From positions 3,232,001-3,296,000 of the forward strand of contig OY760074.1 of NCBI GenBank assembly GCA_963663035.1: 64,000 nt of DNA, read 5' to 3'. The position numbers were made by a program, and so were the translations under genes. The stretch comes from Acidobacteriota bacterium. GTDB lineage: Bacteria; Acidobacteriota; UBA6911; RPQK01; JADFOI01. The notes beneath the pieces were generated by a model that saw only the letters and a program-made list of their open reading frames with translations, was not told the DNA's origin and did no database searches. Below, one piece after another: positions 20,460-31,934 of this stretch (positions within the stretch are counted from its first letter, which is position 1; every line of letters begins with the position of its first letter).

Positions 20460-20481
20460 AGGCTCCCTCCTTACTGACTCG

Positions 20482-21507
20482 TTATTCTACAGTAAGACTT
20501 ACTGTTTCTGACTTGGAACTTTCATTTCCAGTGAAGTCTACCGCACTGAGCTGATAATAGTATGTCTCTCCTGGTACGACTGAATCATCAACATACTTAT
20601 TGATCGTAATGGATGCCAATGACTTTTCGAGACGGTTCGGATCTGTTCCGCTGTAGATAAAGTAACCGTCCAAATCCGTCTCTCTGTTTGCGTCCCAGAG
20701 AACTTGAGCCTGTCCATCTAGAAAAAAAGCGGTGATGTTCTGAGGCGTCGCCGGGGGAAACTCATCTCTCGGAACAGTTCTCAGCGTATCACTGAACTGG
20801 CTCACAATCAGCGGATCCGCACCGCGACTGACACTTTGCACGCGGTAAGATTGCATCTCTCCAAACTGAAAGTCAAAATCTGAGTATTCTGGTTCGCTGA
20901 CCAGGTGCTCGGAGTTCACGAGATAACCCACTAGCTGAGGTGGCCGGGAACCGTCAATGTTCTCTGTTGGAGGATCCCATCCGAGGACGAGCCGGTTCTG
21001 GTGAAGCTGATATCTGAGATTGGTCGGAGGTTGTGCCGAGGGGATGGATACTGTTTCCACAAAGTTTGAGAAAGGGGAGCGGCGGCCCTGTCGGTTCCCA
21101 AATCGGAGCCCGTATCTGCAGATCTGGCTCCACCCGGGATGGTCCTCAAATACGAATTTGCCCTCCTCATCGTACCGGGAGAGCGTGTTGCCTTCCAGAC
21201 GGGCCATGGCTTCAGCTTGCTCAGTGAGGGAGAGATCTTGGCCACAACTCCGGTAGATCTCCACCCATTCAATCTCCTGTGGAGGAAGAGAGAACACTAT
21301 CTCAAAGTGATCTCCGACCTGAGCTACCGTCAGATCAGTGACAGTCCCCGGATAGAGAACGAGTGGAGGAAGTGGGTCCCCTACCTTGGCACAGGCTCCC
21401 AGCAGAAGGACCAGGCAACAGAAAACAGAAACGGCTGACCGCTGACCGCTGACCGCTGACAGAAGATCCTGAGTTGATCTGCTCAGAAAGGAAAATAAGG
21501 GGCGCAT
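20482..21507 (-). CDS. Fibronectin type III domain lipoprotein
   Basis: Lipobox [14 protein letters not shown]3 motifs ([28 protein letters not shown]). Confidence 0.82.
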   Translation of the reverse strand: MRPLFSFLSRSTQDLLSAVSGQRSAVSVFCCLVLLLGACAKVGDPLPPLVLYPGTVTDLTVAQVGDHFEIVFSLPPQEIEWVEIYRSCGQDLSLTEQAEAMARLEGNTLSRYDEEGKFVFEDHPGWSQICRYGLRFGNRQGRRSPFSNFVETVSIPSAQPPTNLRYQLHQNRLVLGWDPPTENIDGSRPPQLVGYLVNSEHLVSEPEYSDFDFQFGEMQSYRVQSVSRGADPLIVSQFSDTLRTVPRDEFPPATPQNITAFFLDGQAQVLWDANRETDLDGYFIYSGTDPNRLEKSLASITINKYVDDSVVPGETYYYQLSAVDFTGNESSKSETVSLTVE

Positions 21508-21608
21508 TCTCTAGCTGTTACCGGGAGGAAGGCCAGCTCAACCAACAAAAATAGATACTATTTCTTACGGTTTGTCTTACGGTCAGCGGTCAGCGGTCAG
21601 TGGTCAGT
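21434..21608. repeat. Two heptamer tandem arrays in inverted orientation: (GCTGACC)n at 21434-21460 and (GGTCAGC/T)n at 21581-21608
   Basis: Direct reading of the sequence; the arrays are reverse complements of each other. Confidence 0.85.
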
Positions 21609-21618
21609 GTTTAACCTC

Positions 21619-23052
21619 TCACAGAATGTAGTGCGACAGATTTCGATCCTTGACGATCCCCTCCAACTGTTCCCTCACGTAGCGGGCATCAATCGTGATC
21701 TGTTTTTTCTTTAAGTCCGGCGCGTCAAAGGAGATGTCTTCTAGAAGAGCTTCCATGATCGTGTGCAACCGACGGGCACCAATGTTCTCGGTCGTTTCAT
21801 TGACAACGCTGGCAAAATGGGCAATTTCGCGAATGCCATCTTTCAAGAATCTTAGGCGCACGCTCTCCGTGCCCAGAAGCTCCCGATATTGCTTCACTAA
21901 GGCATTTTTCGGTTCCTGGAGAATTCGAATAAAGTCCTCCTGGCTCAACGAATGCATTTCGACTCTGACGGGAAATCGCCCCTGCAGTTCGGGAATCATG
22001 TCCGAAGGTTTCGAAACATGAAAGGCACCCGCGGCAATAAACAGGATGTGATCGGTACGAACCATTCCGTAACGAGTACTCACCGTGGTTCCTTCCACGA
22101 TGGGCAAAATGTCTCTTTGTACCCCTTCTCGGCTGATCTCAGGCCCTTGTCCCGTTTCTCTTCCGGCTATCTTGTCAATTTCGTCTACAAAAACGATGCC
22201 CGACTCCTCGACTCGGTCCAGGGCTTCCCGGGTCAACTGTTCCATGTCGATGAGTTTGGATTCCTCTTCCATAAGGAGGTATTCGATGGCTTCCTCGACG
22301 TGCATTTTGCGCGTTTGCTTACGTCCTCCAAACAAACCGGGTAACAACTCTTTAATGTGGATGTCCATGTCCTCGACGCCTTGACCGGTAATGATCTCGA
22401 AGGCTGGAAAGCCGCGCTCTGGAACTTCTAGCTCTACACTTCTATGGTCGAGCTTTCCTTCTCTTAGCTGCCGGCGCAGTTTTTCACGAGTTTTGTTGAA
22501 TCTCTCCACTCTGTCCGAACTCAGTTGCGGTCGGCCCGCAGTGCCTTTCGAAGCTTTGGTCTTTTTCTTCTGGAAAGGGGGAAGCAGGAGATCAAGCAGC
22601 CGTTCCTCGGCATAGCGTTCAGCCTTTGCTGCCACCGCGGCTATCTTTTCCTGGCGAACCATGTCCACTGCGATATCCATCAGGTCGCGGATAATCGATT
22701 CCACGTCTCGCCCCACATATCCCACTTCGGTGAATTTGCTGGCTTCTACCTTCAGGAAGGGGGAATTGGACAGCCGAGCCAGCCGGCGCGCGATTTCTGT
22801 CTTGCCCACACCCGTCGATCCGATCATGAGGATATTCTTGGGTTGGATCTCATCGGCCATCTCCGGCTGAAGTTTCTGTCTTCGAATTCGATTTCGAAGT
22901 GCTACAGCCACTGCACGTTTGGCTTTGCGTTGCCCAACTACGTGTTTATCCAGCTCCTCCACAATCTGCCGAGGAGTCATCTCATCCAGATGGAGATGGT
23001 CCGTACTCAGGTCTTTCGGAAAGGGCTGAATGGATATGGTGGAAGCAGGCAT
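21619..23052 (-). CDS. hslU: ATP-dependent protease ATPase subunit HslU
   Basis: MTPRQIV, [13 protein letters not shown], [29 protein letters not shown]. Confidence 0.98.
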   Translation of the reverse strand: MPASTISIQPFPKDLSTDHLHLDEMTPRQIVEELDKHVVGQRKAKRAVAVALRNRIRRQKLQPEMADEIQPKNILMIGSTGVGKTEIARRLARLSNSPFLKVEASKFTEVGYVGRDVESIIRDLMDIAVDMVRQEKIAAVAAKAERYAEERLLDLLLPPFQKKKTKASKGTAGRPQLSSDRVERFNKTREKLRRQLREGKLDHRSVELEVPERGFPAFEIITGQGVEDMDIHIKELLPGLFGGRKQTRKMHVEEAIEYLLMEEESKLIDMEQLTREALDRVEESGIVFVDEIDKIAGRETGQGPEISREGVQRDILPIVEGTTVSTRYGMVRTDHILFIAAGAFHVSKPSDMIPELQGRFPVRVEMHSLSQEDFIRILQEPKNALVKQYRELLGTESVRLRFLKDGIREIAHFASVVNETTENIGARRLHTIMEALLEDISFDAPDLKKKQITIDARYVREQLEGIVKDRNLSHYIL

Positions 23053-23055
23053 GAT

Positions 23056-23589
23056 TCAGAGGGTTTCAACCGTTATAGAGGAATTCGTATAGATACAAAT
23101 CTCCCCTGCAATGTTCAGAGACTCCAGGGCAATTTTTTGGGCTGATTGCTTCGTGAATCTCAGCAGGGCCTTCGCTGCTGCCAGCGCATAAGGTCCTCCC
23201 GATCCAATCGCGATCACTCCATCGTCCGGCTCAATCAAGTCTCCTTCTCCAGAAAGTAAAAATGAGTTTTTTTTGTCACTAACCACTAATTGGGCATGCA
23301 GATGTCGTAACACTTTGTCAGTACGCCATTCTTTAGCCAATTCCACAGCTGCTCGGGGGAGGTTCCCTTGAAATTGTTCCAGCTTACTCTCAAATCGAGA
23401 AAAAAGAGCAAAGGCATCAGCCGTTGAGCCAGCAAAGCCAGCCAGGACCTGATCATCGTGAAGTCGACGAATCTTCTTAGCGGTACTCTTGATAACTGTG
23501 TCGCCCAAACTCACTTGACCGTCTCCCGCCAGAGCCACCTGGTTGCGCCGCCTCACCAAGAGTATCGTTGTCCCTTGGAGCTTTGCCAT
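23056..23589 (-). CDS. hslV: ATP-dependent protease subunit HslV
   Basis: GTTIL...[29 protein letters not shown]. Confidence 0.97.
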   Translation of the reverse strand: MAKLQGTTILLVRRRNQVALAGDGQVSLGDTVIKSTAKKIRRLHDDQVLAGFAGSTADAFALFSRFESKLEQFQGNLPRAAVELAKEWRTDKVLRHLHAQLVVSDKKNSFLLSGEGDLIEPDDGVIAIGSGGPYALAAAKALLRFTKQSAQKIALESLNIAGEICIYTNSSITVETL

Positions 23590-23648
23590 AATGCCGGTCA
23601 AGTATATTACAAGACTCCTTGGGCGAGCAAAGCCGTCCAGACACGAGC

Positions 23649-23850
23649 TAGCCCGCACTTCTCACACCCGCTCTACTACAGCGTCGCAATGATCCGACCT
23701 GACTGCGTTGCACGACCCGCAAGCGGGTACCCCTCGCGCGCCAGTCGGAGCCGCAGGCTTTAGCCTGCGGGCCCATGGGCTAAAGCCCACGGCTCTGTTT
23801 TCCGGCCCTTCCGCCGCTTCGCGACGACCTGGTGTGAGCAATGCGGGCTA
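23649..23850 (+). repeat. Family A element, copy A3 (alternative TIR subtype)
   Basis: TAGCCCGCACTTCTCACACC ... GGTGTGAGCAATGCGGGCTA; same internal modules as the other copies; end overlaps the yihY-like TAG. Confidence 0.9.
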
Positions 23851-24756
23851 GCCCATGACTCCGGAATTGCGCAAGCGGTAAATTTTGGAGTTGATTTCAC
23901 CTCCCACCAGCAGGAAGAAGCTGGAGAAGTACAACCAGATCATCAATAAAATGAGGGTCCCAAGGCTTCCGTATAGCTGCTGATAAAACTGATAGTCGAC
24001 GAACCGATTGACGAAGAAGGCGAAACTGCTGGATCCCACAATCCAGCTCAGGCTGAAAATTGCACTACCCGGCGATAGCAGACTCCAGGGAAGGGGTTGG
24101 GCAGGGAGGGCAGAGTACACGATCTGCATTCCGATATTGAGAAAAGCGAAGATCAAGATCCAGCGACTGAGATAGTAAAGGCCACCCAAATGAACCTGGA
24201 ATGAAGGATAAGGTTCGACGGTAATGCTTTGCAAGGAGATCTGGATCAGCCAGTCACCAAAGAAAAGAAGAAAGGCTGAGACAATGACAAAAAGGGAAAC
24301 CAGGATGGTCACGCCAATGGCCAACAGTCGTATCATCAAAAAGGGGCGAGTCTCTTCGATTGCCAAAGCTCGATTAAGGTCCCCTACCATTCCAGCAAAG
24401 CCCACCGAAGCCCACCAAAGCGTCAACAAGATGCCCACCGAAACCACTCCGCTATTCTGGGAATTCACCAGGTCGATGGTGAAATCGTGGACCCAGGCAT
24501 AAGTTCTCTCGGGCAAAAACTGATTCATTTCCAGCAGGATCCTGTTCAGTAGGGCGGGTTCGATGGGGATAAAACCGATGACCGCACCGATGAAAATGAG
24601 GAAGGGAAAAAAGGCGAGTAGGAAGTAAAAACTGAGTCGGGCGGCCATTCCCTTGCAATCGTCCCGCTTGATCCCTGACCACACAGCCATCCAGAATCTT
24701 CCCTTTGAGAGGTAGGAAAAGGCTTGCAGATCTAACTTTAAGGGATTCAGTGGCAT
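23848..24756 (-). CDS. YihY/BrkB family inner-membrane protein
   Basis: AARLSFYFLLAFFPFLI, YGSLGTLILLMIWLYFSS..LL.GGEIN. Confidence 0.9.
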   Translation of the reverse strand: MPLNPLKLDLQAFSYLSKGRFWMAVWSGIKRDDCKGMAARLSFYFLLAFFPFLIFIGAVIGFIPIEPALLNRILLEMNQFLPERTYAWVHDFTIDLVNSQNSGVVSVGILLTLWWASVGFAGMVGDLNRALAIEETRPFLMIRLLAIGVTILVSLFVIVSAFLLFFGDWLIQISLQSITVEPYPSFQVHLGGLYYLSRWILIFAFLNIGMQIVYSALPAQPLPWSLLSPGSAIFSLSWIVGSSSFAFFVNRFVDYQFYQQLYGSLGTLILLMIWLYFSSFFLLVGGEINSKIYRLRNSGVMG

Positions 24757-24770
24757 GCGAACCGATGGGA

Positions 24771-24983
24771 TCAGAGGGATGCCTGGCAGGCTGTACGGAT
24801 GAAACGGTATTCCTCGAAACAGCGATGGCACCCGAAAAGGTGTTCAATGGTGTCAATGACTTCTGTATCGGGGAGTTGATGTTCTGCCAGAGAACGGAGT
24901 TTCAACGGATGAACATGGCGCTTTTCGCTGTCCGCTGGGAAGGTGATAGTGAACAGGATTTTGGTGATCACCGGTGTACTCAT
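24771..24983 (-). CDS. Small protein with an HxxxCxxC (zf-HC2/ZAS-like) zinc motif
   Basis: 70-aa ORF containing EHLFGCHRCFEEY; fills the gap upstream of the yihY-like gene; promoter-like sequence upstream. Confidence 0.6.
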   Translation of the reverse strand: MSTPVITKILFTITFPADSEKRHVHPLKLRSLAEHQLPDTEVIDTIEHLFGCHRCFEEYRFIRTACQASL

Positions 24984-24995
24984 TTGACTAAAAAT

Positions 24996-25023
24996 ATGAT
25001 AACAAATTCGTTGCTCAAGGCAA
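24996..25023 (-). promoter_or_regulatory. Putative sigma-70 promoter for the zf-HC2/yihY-like genes
   Basis: Minus strand TTGCCT-N16-TATCAT with extended TG, 12 nt before ATG 24983. Confidence 0.4.
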
Positions 25024-25030
25024 AGGATAG

Positions 25031-27085
<2,055 letters not shown>

Positions 27086-27139
27086 GCCCGTTTATTCTAT
27101 TGCACTTTCTCAGAGAACCATCTATCGTTCTGATGCCCT

Positions 27140-28165
27140 GTGAAATTGAGAGTTCGAGCACCCACTCGCATTACCCTGGCCGGATCGACCCTCGATATCT
27201 ATCCTCTCTACCTGTTTGAGGGCGGTGGACTGACTCTTAATGCTGCAATTGACCTGTGCAGTGAGGTGGAACTCGAGAGGCGATCAGACCAGAGGATTCG
27301 CATCGAGGCCACTGATCTGGATCTCGTCCTTGAAGGTCCTGACTTAGAGGCATTGCACAGTACCGGAGAATTCGCCCCGCTGGATCTGATCTTGCGAATT
27401 TTAAGATTCTACAGGCCCAGGCATGGGCTCGTAGTGCGGACGCACAGCAGCGTTCCTCCCGGTTCCGGATTAGGAGGCTCCTCCTCTCTGTTGATCTGTT
27501 TGAGCACAGCTCTGGTCCAGTTGGAGAATCTCCCTGTCAACAAACAACAGATGATAGATTGTGGAGCGAATATTGAAGCACAGTCCATTCGTGTTCCCAC
27601 CGGCAAACAGGATTATTTCCCAGCGGCCTATGGAGGATTCAATGCTCTGTGGTTCGAAATCCAAGGTATTCGCCGAGAACCGCTCACTTTTTCAGCTAAG
27701 TTGAAGTCCCAGCTTCAAGATCAGATGCTGTTGGGTTACTCTGGCGTGTCACGTTTTTCCGGAAGCAGTAATTGGAGCGTCATGAGAAGGTACATTGAGA
27801 ACGAAGGCGCAACAGTACTCAGGCTGGGGAAGATCAAGGAGATAGCACTGGCCATGTACCAGAGTCTTAAGGAGGAAGATCTGGACAAGTTCGCCGACTG
27901 TCTGGCCGCGGACTGGGAAAACCAGAAGGGCTTAGCCGAAGGGGTGACAACTCCACAGATCGAGAGGATTTTCAAGGCAGCCCAGCGGGCAGGTGCCCTG
28001 GCCAGCAAGATTTGCGGCGCTGGGGGTGGAGGATGTTTTTTCACATTGGCTGGCGAGGGCTCTCAGGAGGCGGTAAAGAAGGCCATCGAGGAGAACGGGG
28101 GAGAGGTTCTGGATTATCACTTTTCGGACTCCGGCGTGCAAGTTGTGGAGGAAGAGCCTTTATAG
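27140..28165 (+). CDS. GHMP family sugar kinase (HddA-like heptose-7-phosphate kinase)
   Basis: APTRI, PPGSGLGGSS, TGKQD, YGG, KICGAGGGG. Confidence 0.88.
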   Translation: MKLRVRAPTRITLAGSTLDIYPLYLFEGGGLTLNAAIDLCSEVELERRSDQRIRIEATDLDLVLEGPDLEALHSTGEFAPLDLILRILRFYRPRHGLVVRTHSSVPPGSGLGGSSSLLICLSTALVQLENLPVNKQQMIDCGANIEAQSIRVPTGKQDYFPAAYGGFNALWFEIQGIRREPLTFSAKLKSQLQDQMLLGYSGVSRFSGSSNWSVMRRYIENEGATVLRLGKIKEIALAMYQSLKEEDLDKFADCLAADWENQKGLAEGVTTPQIERIFKAAQRAGALASKICGAGGGGCFFTLAGEGSQEAVKKAIEENGGEVLDYHFSDSGVQVVEEEPL

Positions 28166-28363
28166 ATGTCTCGAGTGGATCTGGAAAGTTGTCCCAACTG
28201 TCACTATGCACTCCTGGACAGGAGCACCTATTGCCCTTATTGTGGAACACAATTGACATATCCGGTGTGGAAGAAACTGGGCGCCTGGATTTTGTTGATT
28301 TTAATCGGCTATGGACTTCTCAGGTGTCACGTGCAGATGCTGGATGGATTGGAAGGTTTTTAA
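28166..28363 (+). CDS. Small double-CxxC zinc-ribbon membrane protein
   Basis: CPNC...YCPYCG followed by a TM helix; abuts both neighbouring genes with 0-bp gaps. Confidence 0.7.
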   Translation: MSRVDLESCPNCHYALLDRSTYCPYCGTQLTYPVWKKLGAWILLILIGYGLLRCHVQMLDGLEGF

Positions 28364-29122
28364 ATGAGCGAGCCTAAGGTCTGTAAGAGGGGCTCCCTGC
28401 AGTATGCGTATCAGGCTCGAACTGATGTGGGACAGGTAAGAAGTAATAACGAGGACTCTCTGATTGAAGCACCCGACATGGGGCTCTTCGGAGTGTGCGA
28501 TGGACTGGGAGGCCATGTTGCAGGTGAGATCGCCAGTTCAATTGCGGCGGCGACTTTAGAAGAGGCTGTCAAGGCCGAATCAGAGTTTCCCGATAAGGTC
28601 CTGAGAGCAGGAATCCAAGATGCCAACCAACGGATTCTGCGTGACCAAGCTGAAAATCCTGAGCACCGGGGAATGGGAACCACTGTCAGTTCTCTCTGGT
28701 TGATGCCTGAGGCCTCAGGACTAGGATGGATTGGGCATGTGGGAGACAGCCGGATGTATCTGCAGCGGGGAGATGTGCTCGATCAGGTGACCCATGACCA
28801 CTCTCCCGTCTTTCGCCTGTATCAGCAAGGCGTCCTGACCAAGGAGCAAATGCAACATCATCCCCAGAAGAATCTCTTGGACAGGTCTCTCGGTGTTTTC
28901 CCCAACCTGAAAGTGGATGTCTTCTCGCTATCTTTGAACTCGCAAGACATCGTTTTAATTTGCACCGATGGGTTGACTGACTCTCTCTCTGACTCAGAGA
29001 TTCAGTCTATTTTGACAACTTCTTCACTGAGCGAGGGAGCGGATCAACTGATCGCGATGGCCAACAAAAGTGGAGGGTTGGATAATATTACCTTGGTTTT
29101 GGTACAGATTCTCGAGACATAG
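28364..29122 (+). CDS. PP2C/Stp1 family Ser/Thr phosphatase
   Basis: TDVGQVRSNNED, CDGLGGH, MGTT, HVGDSR, CTDGL, GGLDNIT. Confidence 0.95.
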   Translation: MSEPKVCKRGSLQYAYQARTDVGQVRSNNEDSLIEAPDMGLFGVCDGLGGHVAGEIASSIAAATLEEAVKAESEFPDKVLRAGIQDANQRILRDQAENPEHRGMGTTVSSLWLMPEASGLGWIGHVGDSRMYLQRGDVLDQVTHDHSPVFRLYQQGVLTKEQMQHHPQKNLLDRSLGVFPNLKVDVFSLSLNSQDIVLICTDGLTDSLSDSEIQSILTTSSLSEGADQLIAMANKSGGLDNITLVLVQILET

Positions 29123-29124
29123 CC

Positions 29125-29412
29125 GCGGGCATCCAGGAAGGCCAAGCTCTTCGTTCTCCGCGCCCTTCGATCCTCGACGTAGCTGAGTACTCACTTTCAT
29201 AAATACGATAGCGTTTGTTGGGAGCGCGACGGAGCCCAGATCGAGGCGCGACGACGAGTCGATGTCAGGAACATCGGCGAGGAGAAGCAACAAAGAGATC
29301 GCCCGCAACCCCCATCCGCAAACGTTACCGTATTTATGAAAGGGAGTACTGAGGCTACGCCTGCGGTCGAAGGCCTTGTGCGGTCTCGATCTTGACCTTC
29401 CTGAATGCCCGC
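29125..29412 (+). repeat. Family B nested-palindrome element, copy B1 (288 bp)
   Basis: GCGGGCATCCAGGAAGGCCAAG ... CTTGACCTTCCTGAATGCCCGC termini; internal ~30-bp inverted repeat; homologous to 45087-45484. Confidence 0.88.
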
Positions 29413-29451
29413 ATTGGGGGATTGGATAAGGGCACCCCTGAATAATCCAGC

Positions 29452-29580
29452 TTAATCGGGGCTAATGCCACAGGACCGGAGGAAAGCCCTGTCTTCTTCG
29501 GTTAACTTCCATCCTGCCGGGGTCTTCTTCTTCTCTTCAGCTGCTTTGGTACGGCTGTTTTTCCTCGGTTTCTCGTGCAT
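29452..29580 (-). CDS. Putative 42-aa small protein
   Basis: Manual translation: MHEKPRKNSRTKAAEEKKKTPAGWKLTEEDRAFLRSCGISPD; AAGGGTG upstream; fills the unique DNA between two repeats. Confidence 0.55.
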   Translation of the reverse strand: MHEKPRKNSRTKAAEEKKKTPAGWKLTEEDRAFLRSCGISPD

Positions 29581-29677
29581 AGGACACCCTTATCGGATTT
29601 TTCTCACTCTTCTCATGTTCTATGATGCCAGGAGCCTCTGAAAGTTTTTGAAATTCGGGGAATTGAAGGCTCACTGT

Positions 29678-29939
29678 TAGCCCGGATTATGCATAAATTC
29701 TCTACTGCAGCGACGCAATCATCCGCCCTGACTGCGTTGCGCGACCCGCAAGCGGGTACCCCTCAGCTCCTCAACGTACTCAAGAGTACGTTTGCGGCGG
29801 TCGACCCGCAAGCGGGTACCCCTCGCGCGCCAGTCGGAGCCGCAGGCTTTAACCTGCGGGCCCGTGGGCTAAAGCCCACGGCTCTGTTTTCCGGCGCTTC
29901 CGTTGCTTCGTGACAAGAACCTATGCATAAACCGGGCTA
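29678..29939 (+). repeat. Family A element, copy A4
   Basis: TAGCCCGGATTATGCATA ... TATGCATAAACCGGGCTA; all modules; end overlaps the TAG of the MoCo-carrier-like gene. Confidence 0.92.
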
Positions 29940-30386
29940 GGGGGAGAAGGCTTCGAGGAGGAACCTGCAAGCCTCACCATAAATGCCCGGACTGCCGCTC
30001 TCTCTTGGCCCTGCAACGTTCAGAGTTCGGATTCGGTGCTGCCTGATCCAGTCAAGAAGTTTCTGGGATGGGGAGGTGGACAGGTCGATGACCAGACAGG
30101 GCTTGTTGTTTTCCTTGGTAAGCTCTACCGTTAAGGCAGTACCCCCTGAGAGAGAGCCTCTGTGCAAGACCAGCGTTCCATCCGAGTCTCGAACGTTCCA
30201 TTCAGTTCGCTGGGCATAGGCTTTCGAGGGTGTCTCTTTGAGTGGATAGATTTCCTGGAGTGGTCCATCCTCGGCAAGCCGGCCACTGGGACACCATCCA
30301 CCGCAAGGGAATCCTAGCTCCAGTGCCACGTCCAGAGCAGCTCTGTCCACTCCTGTCTGCCCTCCTGAGAACACTCTCTGAATCAT
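29937..30386 (-). CDS. Putative molybdenum carrier protein (SLOG/YpsA-like family)
   Basis: SGGQTGVDRAALD, GGWCP.GR.AEDG, RTEWNVRDSDGTL, LNVAGPRES. Confidence 0.88.
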   Translation of the reverse strand: MIQRVFSGGQTGVDRAALDVALELGFPCGGWCPSGRLAEDGPLQEIYPLKETPSKAYAQRTEWNVRDSDGTLVLHRGSLSGGTALTVELTKENNKPCLVIDLSTSPSQKLLDWIRQHRIRTLNVAGPRESGSPGIYGEACRFLLEAFSP

Positions 30387-30979
30387 TCTTTGCTGGCAAT
30401 CGATTGCAATGAAAAGGGTATGACCGGGATTGTTCCACCTTTTAACAGAGCTGAAATTTCCTTCTGGAAGCCAGCGACGGTCTTCTCTTGAAAGCCTTGG
30501 GAAACATGAGCAGAATCGGTGAGATAGAGTTGTCTGTCATAGACAAGTTGTGCTTGAACAGCTTTTCCTTTAAGGGCCTGTGCAATGAGAAGGCAACTGG
30601 CTTGCTCAGCGTATGATCGGAGGATCCTGCTTCCCTGGGGGCTGAGCTCGCCTATGAGGTAAATTCCCTGTAACAAGCTTGAGACTTCTTCGAAAAGGCT
30701 CGAGAGAAGGTTTTGTGTCTCCGACCATACCGACTGGGAAGTCAGCTGTCGGGCAACTTGCATGTAAAGGGTTCTAGCCCCCTCAGCTACCGTGGAGGCG
30801 AGGACGAGATCTTGACCGGCAGATTTCTCCCCAGCTTCCAGCAAACGCTGTTCCGTTTTTCCCATTCCTGCAACCAGAACAAGGAGTTGCTCTTGCGAGG
30901 AGTTCAGCACAGATTCCACCGCTTGAGAAACTCCCGCTATATCTGGCAGAACGGAACTTTCAAATTTCAGGATCGTCAC
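30383..30979 (-). CDS. Degenerate, truncated aspartokinase N-terminal-like protein
   Basis: ILKFESSV (cf. VLKFGGTSV), LVAGMGKT, LLQGIYLIGELSP, SYAEQAS, TDS, IPVIPF; ends before the TTLGRGGSD motif. Confidence 0.65.
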   Translation of the reverse strand: MTILKFESSVLPDIAGVSQAVESVLNSSQEQLLVLVAGMGKTEQRLLEAGEKSAGQDLVLASTVAEGARTLYMQVARQLTSQSVWSETQNLLSSLFEEVSSLLQGIYLIGELSPQGSRILRSYAEQASCLLIAQALKGKAVQAQLVYDRQLYLTDSAHVSQGFQEKTVAGFQKEISALLKGGTIPVIPFSLQSIASKE

Positions 30980-31051
30980 TTTGCCCTTCCCAAAATTCGA
31001 TCATGTCACAATTTGAAATTTGTTTCGAGTTTCCAGTTTGTGATCCTGGAC

Positions 31052-31819
31052 TTATCGCGGACCCATTCGCAAGGCCCCGTCCAGACGAATCGTCTCGCCA
31101 TTGAGAGTAACGTTTTCTACAATGTGTTGGACCAGTGCAGCAAACTCGTCGGGCCGGCCCAAACGAGGGGGGAAGGGAACTTGCTCCCCAAGTGAGAGCC
31201 GTGCAGGTTCAGGGAGTCCGGCCAAAAGAGGAGTATCAAAAATGCCGGGGGCGATGCTAACGACCCGGATGCCAGGGCGGGCAAGCTCCCGAGCAGCCGG
31301 CAGGGTCAATGCCACGATCCCACCCTTGGAGGCCGCGTAGGCCGCCTGACCGATTTGTCCTTCAAAAGCAGCGACTGAGGCCGTGTTGACGATGATCCCT
31401 CGTTCTCCCTCTTCATTCGGCTGATTTTGAGCCATGGCTGCAGCGGCCAGCCGCAGAGTGTTGAAGGTGCCGATAAGATTGACTTGAATGACACGGGTGA
31501 AGTGCTCCAGGTCGTGTGGTCTTTCCTTACCCAGGATCTTCTCGGCAATGGCTATACCGGCGCAGTTGACCAAGAGGTGAATGCCTCCGTGCTGCTTGAC
31601 GGCAAGTTCGACCGCCCCTTTGACCGATGTCTCCTGGGTAACATCGGTCTCGACAAAGAGTGCCCCCTCACCGAGTTCGTGTTCCAAGGTCTTACCCGCC
31701 TCCTGGTTCAAGTCGGCGATGAGTACTTTTGCGCCTAAGGAGTGAAGCATTCGCACAGTAGCCAAGCCCAATCCCGAGGCTCCCCCTGTAACCATTGCGC
31801 TTTTCCCTTTGATGAACAT
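31052..31819 (-). CDS. SDR family 3-hydroxyacyl-CoA dehydrogenase (HSD10-like)
   Basis: [46 protein letters not shown]. Confidence 0.93.
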   Translation of the reverse strand: MFIKGKSAMVTGGASGLGLATVRMLHSLGAKVLIADLNQEAGKTLEHELGEGALFVETDVTQETSVKGAVELAVKQHGGIHLLVNCAGIAIAEKILGKERPHDLEHFTRVIQVNLIGTFNTLRLAAAAMAQNQPNEEGERGIIVNTASVAAFEGQIGQAAYAASKGGIVALTLPAARELARPGIRVVSIAPGIFDTPLLAGLPEPARLSLGEQVPFPPRLGRPDEFAALVQHIVENVTLNGETIRLDGALRMGPR

Positions 31820-31934
31820 AGCAAGTGTTATAAGGGTGTCAGGGGAGAAATTCAATACCGAAAGGTAACGCACGAGTTCGGAACCTGAGGTGCCTCCCAC
31901 GCACAAATGCACGAATTACGGTACTATGGGCCTC

